64,000 nt of DNA from positions 29,513 to 93,512 of the forward strand of contig JBBRNJ010000030.1 in assembly GCA_038230375.1 (NCBI GenBank), read 5' to 3'. This stretch comes from Polyangiales bacterium. GTDB lineage: Bacteria; Myxococcota_A; Polyangia; Polyangiales; Polyangiaceae. A program made the translations under genes and the position numbers. The notes beneath the pieces are model-generated. The model was not told the DNA's origin, did not search any database, and was given only the letters and a program-made list of their open reading frames with translations. Positions 40,111 through 48,390 of this stretch are shown here, one piece after another (position 1 is the stretch's first letter; the number at the start of each line of letters is the position of its first letter).

Positions 40111-41189
40111 TGCGCACCTTCCTCCCTTTCCTCGCCCTCTTCTGTTCGCTCGTCGTCATTGCGACGCAGGCGGGCTGCGACACGTACTACGCGCCGCCGT
40201 CGATCGACATCGACGGGCTCGAGCAAGGCGTGCTCCACGATCCTGGCGCGCCGATCGTCCTGGATTTCGGAAAGCCGATCCAGCCCGACACGCTCAAGCT
40301 CTCGATCGTCAGGTACGACGCCGACGACGTGGGCAATCTGCCGGACGAGCGCGGGGACAACTCCGTCACGCTCAAGCCAATCTACGCATACGACCCCGAT
40401 GCCGGCATCGAGATCGGCGGACACAGCGCGCTATCCGACGACGCCACGCAGTTCGTGATAATGCCGCTCGCGCGCATGCCCGTGGGCACGAAGCTCGCGC
40501 TCGTGGTGGAGCCGGGGCTCAAGAGCACGCACGGCGAGGACACGCGCGTCAGGCATCGCGTGCTCTTCGGCTACGACTTCTCGTGCAAGAACGGCAAGGG
40601 TACGAAGCTGGTGCCGAATGGCGTGTACTTCGCGCTGCTCGAGGTGGAGAAGCCGGTCGGAGCGCAGGTGCAGCTCTATGGCGATCTCCAGATCGATCCG
40701 GCGACGGGCCTCTTCCGCGGACAGTTCACGAACGCGGATCGCAACACGCATCAGATGTGCCCCGCCTCGTGCAGCTCCTCGCAGGTCTGCCGGCTGCTGC
40801 CTGCGCCAGCGTGTGTCGCACCCTCACAGCGCGCGGGCTCCGTGGACGAGTATCCGGACTACCTCCCCAATGTCACGCCGCCCACGGGCTACTCCTTCAC
40901 CGTCACTGGCTGCATCGAGGATCAACCGGACGGCACGGCCGCGTTCCTCAGCGCGCCCGCGACCATGGTGGTGACGAGCCCCGCCGTGACGATCGAGGCG
41001 CTGGTCATGACCGCCGCATTCGAGAAGGACAAATCCGGCTTGTTGCGCGCCTCCGGCAGCGTGACCGGCGACCAGGTGTTGCTCGGCGCGGGGCCGCTGG
41101 GTCCAGGCACCGGCACCATCAATCTGCGCGGGATCGATCCGAAGAGCGTGCCACCCGGCGTGCCTGCGCCACCTCCTGCTTCCCAGTAG
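40110..41189 (+). CDS. Lipoprotein with Ig-like (Big_5/SbsA-like) domain
   Basis: TGATG coupling; lipobox QAGC; IVLDFGKPIQPDTL...VIMP...LALVVEPGLKS; small Cys cluster. Confidence 0.72.
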   Translation: MRTFLPFLALFCSLVVIATQAGCDTYYAPPSIDIDGLEQGVLHDPGAPIVLDFGKPIQPDTLKLSIVRYDADDVGNLPDERGDNSVTLKPIYAYDPDAGIEIGGHSALSDDATQFVIMPLARMPVGTKLALVVEPGLKSTHGEDTRVRHRVLFGYDFSCKNGKGTKLVPNGVYFALLEVEKPVGAQVQLYGDLQIDPATGLFRGQFTNADRNTHQMCPASCSSSQVCRLLPAPACVAPSQRAGSVDEYPDYLPNVTPPTGYSFTVTGCIEDQPDGTAAFLSAPATMVVTSPAVTIEALVMTAAFEKDKSGLLRASGSVTGDQVLLGAGPLGPGTGTINLRGIDPKSVPPGVPAPPPASQ

Positions 41190-41224
41190 TCAGCCAGCCA
41201 ACGAGACAGAGACGGAGTTCCCAG

Positions 41225-42553
41225 ATGTCGACGATGTTGCGTTTGCCGGAGACCGGCATGGACAAGGCGCGCGTATTCTCCACCATGGAGGAGCTTCGCG
41301 CAGAGGACGCGGACTGGAAGCACGCAAAGACGTGGAGCCTGGTCTACTTCGCAGGCGAGGACATCCTTGCCGTCGCGAAGGAGGCGTACATGCGCTTCTT
41401 CTCCGAGAATGGGCTGAACCCGATCGCATTCCCGAGCCTGCGGCGCTTCGAGCGCGACGTGGTGCAGATGTCCCTCTCCATGATGCACGCGCCGGAGACC
41501 GCGGCGGGCAGCATGACGTCAGGCGGCAGCGAGAGCCTGCTCATGGCGGTGAAGACCGCACGCGAGTGGCAGCGCAAGACGCGGCCGCACGTCACGGCAC
41601 CCGAGATGTTGATCCCGCTCTCCGCGCACCCCGCGCTGGAAAAAGCGGCTCACTACTTCGACGTGAAGGCCGTGCACATCCCGCTGACCGCAGACCACCG
41701 CGCGGATGTGGAAGCGGCGAAGAAGCTCGTGAACGACAACACGATCCTCATACTGGGGTCTGCGCCGCAGTATCCGCAGGGCGTGGTGGATCCGATCACG
41801 GAGCTCGCGGCGATCGCCAAGGAGCGCGGCATCCTCTGTCATGTGGACGCGTGCCTCGGCGGATTCCTGCTTCCGTTCTTCGAGGGCATCGGACGGAAGC
41901 TTCCGCTGTTCGACTTCCGCGTGCCGGGCGTCACGTCCATCTCGGCGGACATCCACAAGTACGGCTACGCCGCCAAGGGCGCGAGCGTCGTGATGTACGC
42001 GACGCGCGAGCTGCGCCGCTATCAGTACTTCTCCTACGCGGACTGGCCGGGCGGTCTCTACGCATCGCCGAGCATGACGGGCACGCGTCCCGGAGGCGCG
42101 ATCGCGGCTGCCTGGGCCGTGATGAAGTACCTGGGGCAGAACGGCTACGAGCGCCTCGCGAAGGAGACGATGGAGACGTCGGACGCGCTGCGCAAGGGCA
42201 TCGACGCGATCCCCGGTCTGAAGATCGTCGGCAATCCGGACGCGAGCGTGTTCGCCTTCGATTCGGATCGCGTGGACGTGTACCAGCTCGCGGACCTGAT
42301 GGATAAGAAGGGCTACAAGCTCGACCGCCAGCAGCGCCCGCCGTGCCTGCACATGATGGTGACCGCGGCGCACTCGGTCATCAAGGATGCGTTCCTGAAG
42401 GATCTGGCAGCGGGCGTGGAGGAGCTCGCGGAGACGAAGCCAGCGCCGGAGGGATCGGCCGCGATGTACGGGATGCTCGGAGCCGCGCCGGATCGGGAAG
42501 CCGTGGGCAGCATGCTGATCGATTTCATGGATGGTCTGGACAACATGCCCTGA
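41225..42553 (+). CDS. PLP-dependent sphingosine-1-phosphate lyase-like enzyme (group II decarboxylase fold)
   Basis: TSGGSES, HVDACLGGF, SADIHKYGYAAKG (PLP Lys), WPGGLYASPSMTGTRPG. Confidence 0.85.
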   Translation: MSTMLRLPETGMDKARVFSTMEELRAEDADWKHAKTWSLVYFAGEDILAVAKEAYMRFFSENGLNPIAFPSLRRFERDVVQMSLSMMHAPETAAGSMTSGGSESLLMAVKTAREWQRKTRPHVTAPEMLIPLSAHPALEKAAHYFDVKAVHIPLTADHRADVEAAKKLVNDNTILILGSAPQYPQGVVDPITELAAIAKERGILCHVDACLGGFLLPFFEGIGRKLPLFDFRVPGVTSISADIHKYGYAAKGASVVMYATRELRRYQYFSYADWPGGLYASPSMTGTRPGGAIAAAWAVMKYLGQNGYERLAKETMETSDALRKGIDAIPGLKIVGNPDASVFAFDSDRVDVYQLADLMDKKGYKLDRQQRPPCLHMMVTAAHSVIKDAFLKDLAAGVEELAETKPAPEGSAAMYGMLGAAPDREAVGSMLIDFMDGLDNMP

Positions 42554-42555
42554 GG

Positions 42556-42777
42556 GACGACGACGACAGCGACGACGCGACAGCGACAGCGACAGCGACG
42601 ACGGCGACGGCAGCGACTTCGACCGCGACTGCGACTTCGACTTCGACCTCGACTTCGACTTCGACTTCGACCTCGACTTCGACTTCGACTTCGACCTCGA
42701 CTTCGACTTCGACTTCGACCTCGACCTTGACCTCGACTTCGACTTCGACTTCGACCTCGACCTTGACCTCTACCTCT
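42556..42777. repeat. Intergenic hexamer tandem repeat (NNCGAC)n, about 35 units with higher-order periodicity
   Basis: AGCGAC units grade into TTCGAC/CTCGAC; a 24-bp block (GACCTC + 3xGACTTC) is repeated. Confidence 0.95.
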
Positions 42778-42810
42778 CCTTTCGGCCTTGTTTTTCCGGT
42801 CCGTGTATTT

Positions 42811-42853
42811 TTACCCGGATAATATTGACAGGCGCGGGCCCAGGTCCTACATA
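42811..42853 (+). promoter_or_regulatory. Candidate promoter and operator of the MATE gene
   Basis: AT-rich stretch, TTAcCCGGaTAA palindrome (42811-42822) next to TTGACA (42825-42830), then N17 and TACATA. Confidence 0.45.
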
Positions 42854-42866
42854 AAGAGCGTCCTCG

Positions 42867-44348
42867 ATGTCGGAAGCGCTCGAAACGTCCGTGTCTGAAG
42901 CCTCCGATGGGGCGGTGCCCGTGGCCGCGGAGGATGCGAAGGGGGCTGGTCCGCCAGCGGCTTCTCCGCTTCGCTACAACGCGCTGACGGAGGGCGCGAT
43001 TGGCAAGGCGCTCTTCGTGTTTGCGTTGCCCATCTTGTTCGGCAACGTGCTGCAGTCGCTGAACGGCTCCATCAACTCGATCTGGGTCGGTCGTTACATG
43101 GGCGGCGCGGCGCTCACGGCCACGTCGAACGCGAACACGATCCTCTTCTTCCTGATCGGCAGCATCTTCGGCGTGGGCATGGCGGGGACCATCCTCGTGG
43201 GCCAGTCCGTCGGGGCGAAGAACCTGGATCAGGCAAAGAGGATCGTGGGCACGAGCGCCACGTTCTTCGTCAGCACTGCCGTGATCATCTCGGTCCTGGG
43301 CTACCTGTTCTCGCCGCAGCTGCTCGCGAAGATGCACACGCCAGCGGACGCGCTGCCGTTCGCTATCGCCTACATGCGCGTCATCTTCCTGGCAGTGCCG
43401 CTCATCTTCGCATTTGCGTTCACCACCATGATGCTGCGCGGCGCGGGCGACGCGAAGACACCGCTGATCTTCGCGCTCGTCTCGGTGGGCCTGGACGTGG
43501 CGCTGAACCCGCTCCTCATGTTCGGGTGGGGCCCGGTCCCCAGGTTCGGCATCGCGGGCGCGGCGGGCGCCACGCTCATCGCCAACGCCATCTCGCTCAT
43601 CGCGCTGCTGGTCACGCTCTATCGCCGGGATCACTTCCTCTGTCTGCGCGGCAAGGAGCTCGCGTACCTCCGCATCGACCGGACCATCCTCCGCGCGCTC
43701 ATCGTGAAGGGCGTGCCCATGGGCCTGCAGATGGTGCTCATGTCGGGCTCCGCGATCGCGATGATCAGCATGGTCAACGCCTATGGCTCGGACACGTCGG
43801 CCGCGTTCGGCGCTTCGCTGCAGCTCTGGAACTACATCCAGATGCCCGCGATGGCGATCGGCATGGCGGCCTCCTCCATGGCCGCGCAGAACGTAGGTGC
43901 CGGCAGGTTCGACCGGCTCGGCCGCATCGCGCTGACAGGTGTACTCTACAACTTGCTCATGACGGGGGTGCTGGCGGCCATCGTCTACAGCGCCAGTCAC
44001 CAGGCGCTCGGGCTCTTCCTCACCACGCCTGCGTCCATGGTGATCGGTGAGCACATCAACACGATCGTCGTGTGGTCGTTCTCGCTGTTCGGCGTGTCCA
44101 TGGTGCTCTCGGGTGTGGTCCGGTCCACGGGAGCAGTGGTGCCGCCGGTGCTCATCCTGTTCATCTCGCTCTGGCTGCTTCGGATCCCCTTCGCGGTGTT
44201 CATGCGTGATCGCCTGGGCGTGGACGCCATCTGGTGGAGCTTCCCGATCGCCTCCTTCGCGTCGATGCTCATGTCGACGGCGTACTACCGCTTCGGGAAG
44301 TGGCGAAGCGCGACCATGCTCGGCACCACGCCGGCCAAGAAGAGCTAG
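42867..44348 (+). CDS. MATE family efflux transporter
   Basis: LTEG.I.KALF.FALP...GN.LQ, RGAGDAKTPL, AQNVGAG; about 12 TM. Confidence 0.95.
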   Translation: MSEALETSVSEASDGAVPVAAEDAKGAGPPAASPLRYNALTEGAIGKALFVFALPILFGNVLQSLNGSINSIWVGRYMGGAALTATSNANTILFFLIGSIFGVGMAGTILVGQSVGAKNLDQAKRIVGTSATFFVSTAVIISVLGYLFSPQLLAKMHTPADALPFAIAYMRVIFLAVPLIFAFAFTTMMLRGAGDAKTPLIFALVSVGLDVALNPLLMFGWGPVPRFGIAGAAGATLIANAISLIALLVTLYRRDHFLCLRGKELAYLRIDRTILRALIVKGVPMGLQMVLMSGSAIAMISMVNAYGSDTSAAFGASLQLWNYIQMPAMAIGMAASSMAAQNVGAGRFDRLGRIALTGVLYNLLMTGVLAAIVYSASHQALGLFLTTPASMVIGEHINTIVVWSFSLFGVSMVLSGVVRSTGAVVPPVLILFISLWLLRIPFAVFMRDRLGVDAIWWSFPIASFASMLMSTAYYRFGKWRSATMLGTTPAKKS

Positions 44349-44357
44349 ACTGCTGGC

Positions 44358-45158
44358 GTGGTTCGTCGTTGGTTGCTCGTGCTCCTGCTCGCGCTGGTCG
44401 CCTGTTCGCGCTCGCGTGCGACTCCCGACCCGAGCGCCACGCGACCCCTGGAGGCCACCGCGGCGCTGACGTCCGCGCCTTCATTGGCCGCGGCCACGGC
44501 AGCGCCGCTCGCGGACGCGTCTCCGTCCCCGACGCAGCCCACGATCGAGCTGCGAACACCGGGCAGTGATGCTCACAAGTGGTCGCTCGAGGCAGCGGGC
44601 TTGCCGGCGATCTCCGCCGACGGCGCGCAGGTCGTGATGGTCGTCGAGCACGACGCCGACCAGCGCGGATACCCGAACGACGCAATCTACGTCCGGCGCG
44701 TGAGCGACGACTTCGTGGTGCAGCAGCTCGTCGGCTTTGACGGCTACGCGCTCGGCTCCGCTGACGACGGCGCGGCCCGCCCCGCGATCGAAAAACGCGC
44801 AGCCGCGCTGCACGCGTTGCTCGCCCGCGAGCCGTGGGCACCCATGCAGGCAGCAACGCCCACTGGAACGAACACGTTCGTACAGGGCGACTATCGCTTC
44901 AGTCTGGACGGCACGCACGCGACCCTTGCGCAGAAGGGCGGTCCCACCGCGACCTTCGATACGTCCATGTGGAAGAAGCCGGACATCCTCCCCGACTCGA
45001 TGAGCTCGTCCACCTGCACGTTCACGGCGGAGCTCGCAAAGGTCCACATCGCACCAAAGGCGCGCGTCGTCGCCGTGTCCGTCCGACAACGAGTCCACGA
45101 CGCGGAGCACACCACCGGCTGCGGCAGCCCCGACGACACGCACGTCCTCCACTGGTGA
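44358..45158 (+). CDS. Hypothetical lipoprotein
   Basis: Lipobox LVAC; Pro/Ala/Thr linker; LPAISADG. Confidence 0.75.
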   Translation: MVRRWLLVLLLALVACSRSRATPDPSATRPLEATAALTSAPSLAAATAAPLADASPSPTQPTIELRTPGSDAHKWSLEAAGLPAISADGAQVVMVVEHDADQRGYPNDAIYVRRVSDDFVVQQLVGFDGYALGSADDGAARPAIEKRAAALHALLAREPWAPMQAATPTGTNTFVQGDYRFSLDGTHATLAQKGGPTATFDTSMWKKPDILPDSMSSSTCTFTAELAKVHIAPKARVVAVSVRQRVHDAEHTTGCGSPDDTHVLHW

Positions 45159-45220
45159 GCGCGTCCTCCCATCGCCAACGCGCCCGCCGTGAAGCGAACT
45201 TCCGGGCGCGAGGCGCGAGT

Positions 45221-45295
45221 CGGAAATAGATTTCCGGTTCGCTGCCGCGGGGTGCGTGGAACTCCGCGACTGTGCGTGTTGGCTCGTGGGTTGCT
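45221..45295 (+). promoter_or_regulatory. Candidate sigma54 promoter with upstream inverted repeat
   Basis: CGGAAAT-AG-ATTTCCG (45221-45236) and TGGCTCG-TGGG-TTGCT (45280-45295). Confidence 0.5.
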
Positions 45296-45306
45296 TGGCG
45301 GCGGTC

Positions 45307-46473
45307 ATGAGAATCTCTTTTGCCGCTTCCGCTTTGTCGCTCGCTCTTCTCTCGGGCTGCTTCTTCGGAGCGCCCTCCACCTCCGACGGCACGGGCTCGT
45401 CCGGCGCTCAGGGCGGTGGCACCACCGACGCCGACACTGCCGCGTTCAAGAAGCTCTCGGCAGATCTGGAGTCGCACCGCACGCAGGCGATGGACAAGAG
45501 CGCGATGGAGCTCGAGGCGACTGGGACCACGGTCTACTACCGCACGTACCCGGGCTTCGACCCCATCTTCCACCGCAGGAACGCCGACGGCACCACGCTC
45601 GACTACGGCTTCTCGCTCGGCAGCGGTGACAACGCGAACGATCGCACGTCCGACGATCTGGTGGTGACCGCCCAGCGCGCCGGCGACCACGTCACGTATC
45701 ACGTGTATGATGCACATGCCGCGAACACCGAGAAGGGCTCCGCCGATCTGCCCGCGCCCACCGACGAGCAGAAGTGGTGGGCCTACGCGGTCTCGGGCAG
45801 CACGATCTACGCGATCACCACGCCTACGGAGAAGACCGGCACCGGCAACACCATCTGGTCGTTCACGCCAGGCGGCACGCCAACCAAGCTCTTCACGCTC
45901 GAGGACGCGGGCATCAAGGTGGGCGAGCTCCTGGACTTTGACGTGGACGGTCAGACCATGATGCTCATCGAGAGCGGCCGCCTCTGGCGCGTGGACCTCA
46001 CCGCGAAGAAGGCCCAGCACATGCAGAACAAGACGGAGATCGCAGGCGCTGTGAACTTCTCCAAGGACGGCGTCGCGTTCGAGGACTCCACTGGACTCAA
46101 GTTCTTCGACTACGCGCAGAACGGCCTTCGCGATCTCTCCGCGGAGATCCAGGCGTCCACCTACCAGATCGCGCCCACGTACAAGACGTCGCACTACTTC
46201 TACAGCGCGACCACGAGCAACAACTTCACGCGCTGGGGCAGCTGGATCGTCTACACGGGCAACGCTGGAATCTTCGCGTACGACCTCACGCAGAAGCGAG
46301 TCGCGCCCGTGCTCCTCGACGTCTCGAACGATCAGGTCCGCATCGCGTACCGGTACCCCGTGGTGACCGCGGACGGCTCCGCCTACGTCGTGGGCCTCAC
46401 GTCACAGGACGGAGCCGTCGGGGCCGATGGGCCGGTCTACAGAACGAGCATGAAGCAGGTCCTGCCGAACTGA
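45307..46473 (+). CDS. Hypothetical lipoprotein, beta-propeller-like
   Basis: Lipobox LSGC; beta-rich repeats; strong codon bias. Confidence 0.8.
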   Translation: MRISFAASALSLALLSGCFFGAPSTSDGTGSSGAQGGGTTDADTAAFKKLSADLESHRTQAMDKSAMELEATGTTVYYRTYPGFDPIFHRRNADGTTLDYGFSLGSGDNANDRTSDDLVVTAQRAGDHVTYHVYDAHAANTEKGSADLPAPTDEQKWWAYAVSGSTIYAITTPTEKTGTGNTIWSFTPGGTPTKLFTLEDAGIKVGELLDFDVDGQTMMLIESGRLWRVDLTAKKAQHMQNKTEIAGAVNFSKDGVAFEDSTGLKFFDYAQNGLRDLSAEIQASTYQIAPTYKTSHYFYSATTSNNFTRWGSWIVYTGNAGIFAYDLTQKRVAPVLLDVSNDQVRIAYRYPVVTADGSAYVVGLTSQDGAVGADGPVYRTSMKQVLPN

Positions 46474-46593
46474 CCCTGCCGTCGGCGCCGCGGGGTGGCA
46501 CAGGTTGCCGTTGCACAAAGAGGGCTATTTCCCGCCTGAATGGGGGGACACAAGCGGTTCAGGCGCGGCATCCTTCGTGCAGTTCCACTCCCC

Positions 46594-47277
46594 ATGAAGA
46601 GCGCTCTTGCCCCTCTCGGAGTCCTCGCCCTTGGCGCGATGCTGATCGCATGCAGCAGCGGCGCTCAGGCTGGCGGCACGTCGGTCGGAACCACCGGTGG
46701 CACCGTGGCGCCCCTCTGCGCCGGAACCGAGCTCGCCGCGACGCACCCCCTGAACCTCGCACAGCCGGCCGACTTCGTGGGCTTCATGGACGGCGTGAAT
46801 CAACACGCGGCTGCGGACAGCGTGTGGCTCGACTCGACCGGCACGGCGTGCGCGACCGCGCTCGACAAGGCTGCGTGCGCGGCAAAGGTGCATGATGCAC
46901 GCATTGCCTACGACCACGCGCTCGGCAACGGCAATGGGTCCACGTTCTATCGGCTCATCATCACGCGCGGCGACGCCGTGGAGGTGATTGGCAACGACAA
47001 CCTCCTGGACACGATTGGTGCCGTCGATACTTCGAGCGAAGCGGTGCTCTATCTCATCTCCCAGGGCTACTCATTCGACTGTCACGCAGAGGACAAGGCG
47101 TTGCCGAGCGTCGCGACCGGCGCGACTGGCATCGAAATCACGACCCGCTACTTGAACGGTATCTGCGATCCGAAAGGCGGCCTCGAGAGGCGTCACGTGA
47201 GCGTCCATCCGGACGCGACGATCGAGATACTCGACAAGACCCTCATCTCGCCTGGCAGTCCGGGGAGCTGTGGGTGA
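46594..47277 (+). CDS. Hypothetical Cys-containing lipoprotein
   Basis: Lipobox LIAC; GTACATA.DKAAC, IGAVDTSSEA; a sigma54-like CGGCATCCTTCGTGCA at 46566-46581. Confidence 0.75.
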   Translation: MKSALAPLGVLALGAMLIACSSGAQAGGTSVGTTGGTVAPLCAGTELAATHPLNLAQPADFVGFMDGVNQHAAADSVWLDSTGTACATALDKAACAAKVHDARIAYDHALGNGNGSTFYRLIITRGDAVEVIGNDNLLDTIGAVDTSSEAVLYLISQGYSFDCHAEDKALPSVATGATGIEITTRYLNGICDPKGGLERRHVSVHPDATIEILDKTLISPGSPGSCG

Positions 47278-47307
47278 TCGAACCTGCGGCTTTGGCTGCG
47301 ACGATCC

Positions 47308-48210
47308 TCAGTGCTCCAGCACGTCCAGGTACGCCGTGACCACTGAGCGGCCCGGCGTTGAAAAGTCCGTGTAATCGTCGAGCAGATCGTACATCACCGG
47401 ATTGTGCGGCTTCGTGTTGATCAGCGTGTCGTGCATGCACCAGAGCCCGCCCGCTGCAGACGAGCTGCACCCGCTGCCGACCGCGTTCACCTTGATGCCG
47501 CCGCCCTCCGACGCGAACTCGGAGCCGAGCGCCTGCATGCCGCCCGCGTTGTGCGAGCACCGACCGATCTTCGAGTCGCACGCCCACACGAAGTACGTGT
47601 GGGACATCTTCTTCACCAGGCTCGCGTCCAGTCCGCCGCCGTCCAGGTTGAAGAGCGTGATCTTGCCGAGCGTGCTCGCGGGAAGCTGGCCGGTCAGCTC
47701 ACGGCTGATCTGCTGCAACAGCTCCGTGGCGACGTACGTGCCGCTCGAGTGCGCGATGACGATGATGCGCGATGCGTTCGCCGCGCGAGAGCCCTGGGAA
47801 AGATGCGTAACAAGCTTGGTGTTGCCGATCTCGCGGTTGGCGTAGCCGGACTGGTTCGGCCCCTTCACGGCGTAGATGTGTCCCACGCCCTCGGCGCCGA
47901 GCTTGTCGCGCACGAGCTCGTCGGCCCAGCGCTGCGAAAACACATCCTGAGCCGTGTAGCCGCCATAGACGATCAGCACGTCACTGCCAGCGCCGACCTT
48001 CTTGTAGCTGACGCCCGCGCCGATCGTGGCCCACGGGATCGCCGCAAGGGAATCCGACTTCTCGGGGCCAACCGTGCCATTCAGCGAGGCCGCGATCTCC
48101 TCCTCGGTCGGCTCGTCGGAGCCGTCGCCCGTGTCCACGCTACAGGCCGCAAGGGCGAGCAACAGACCACCACACGCAACGCGAAACCAACGAGAGCGGG
48201 TGAGTTCCAT
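47308..48210 (-). CDS. Lipoprotein, alpha/beta-hydrolase-like
   Basis: Lipobox LAAC; IAHSSGTY nucleophile elbow; WCMHD. Confidence 0.7.
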   Translation of the reverse strand: MELTRSRWFRVACGGLLLALAACSVDTGDGSDEPTEEEIAASLNGTVGPEKSDSLAAIPWATIGAGVSYKKVGAGSDVLIVYGGYTAQDVFSQRWADELVRDKLGAEGVGHIYAVKGPNQSGYANREIGNTKLVTHLSQGSRAANASRIIVIAHSSGTYVATELLQQISRELTGQLPASTLGKITLFNLDGGGLDASLVKKMSHTYFVWACDSKIGRCSHNAGGMQALGSEFASEGGGIKVNAVGSGCSSSAAGGLWCMHDTLINTKPHNPVMYDLLDDYTDFSTPGRSVVTAYLDVLEH

Positions 48211-48353
48211 GGGAGCAAGCGCACTTCATGCGACATTCATACCCAACCACCCCAAACAGAATCACACGGGTTTTCGCCACGCAAACTGGATCCCGAACGA
48301 CTCACCCTGATGCCCCGCCGAGGCCCTGTCACCGAGAAGGGACGAGGCCGAAG

Positions 48354-48389
48354 GTCGAAGTCGAAGTCGAGGTCGAAGTCGTCGTCGAT
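48354..48389. repeat. Short hexamer repeat (GTCGAA/GTCGAG)n, same family in the opposite orientation
   Basis: gtcgaagtcgaagtcgaggtcgaagtcgtcgtcgat directly after the stop of the 48391 gene. Confidence 0.8.
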
Positions 48390-48390
48390 C

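Noticed and set aside
46495..46515. TGGCAC...TTGC as a sigma54 promoter
   Set aside because: GG-to-GC spacing is not the required 10 nt
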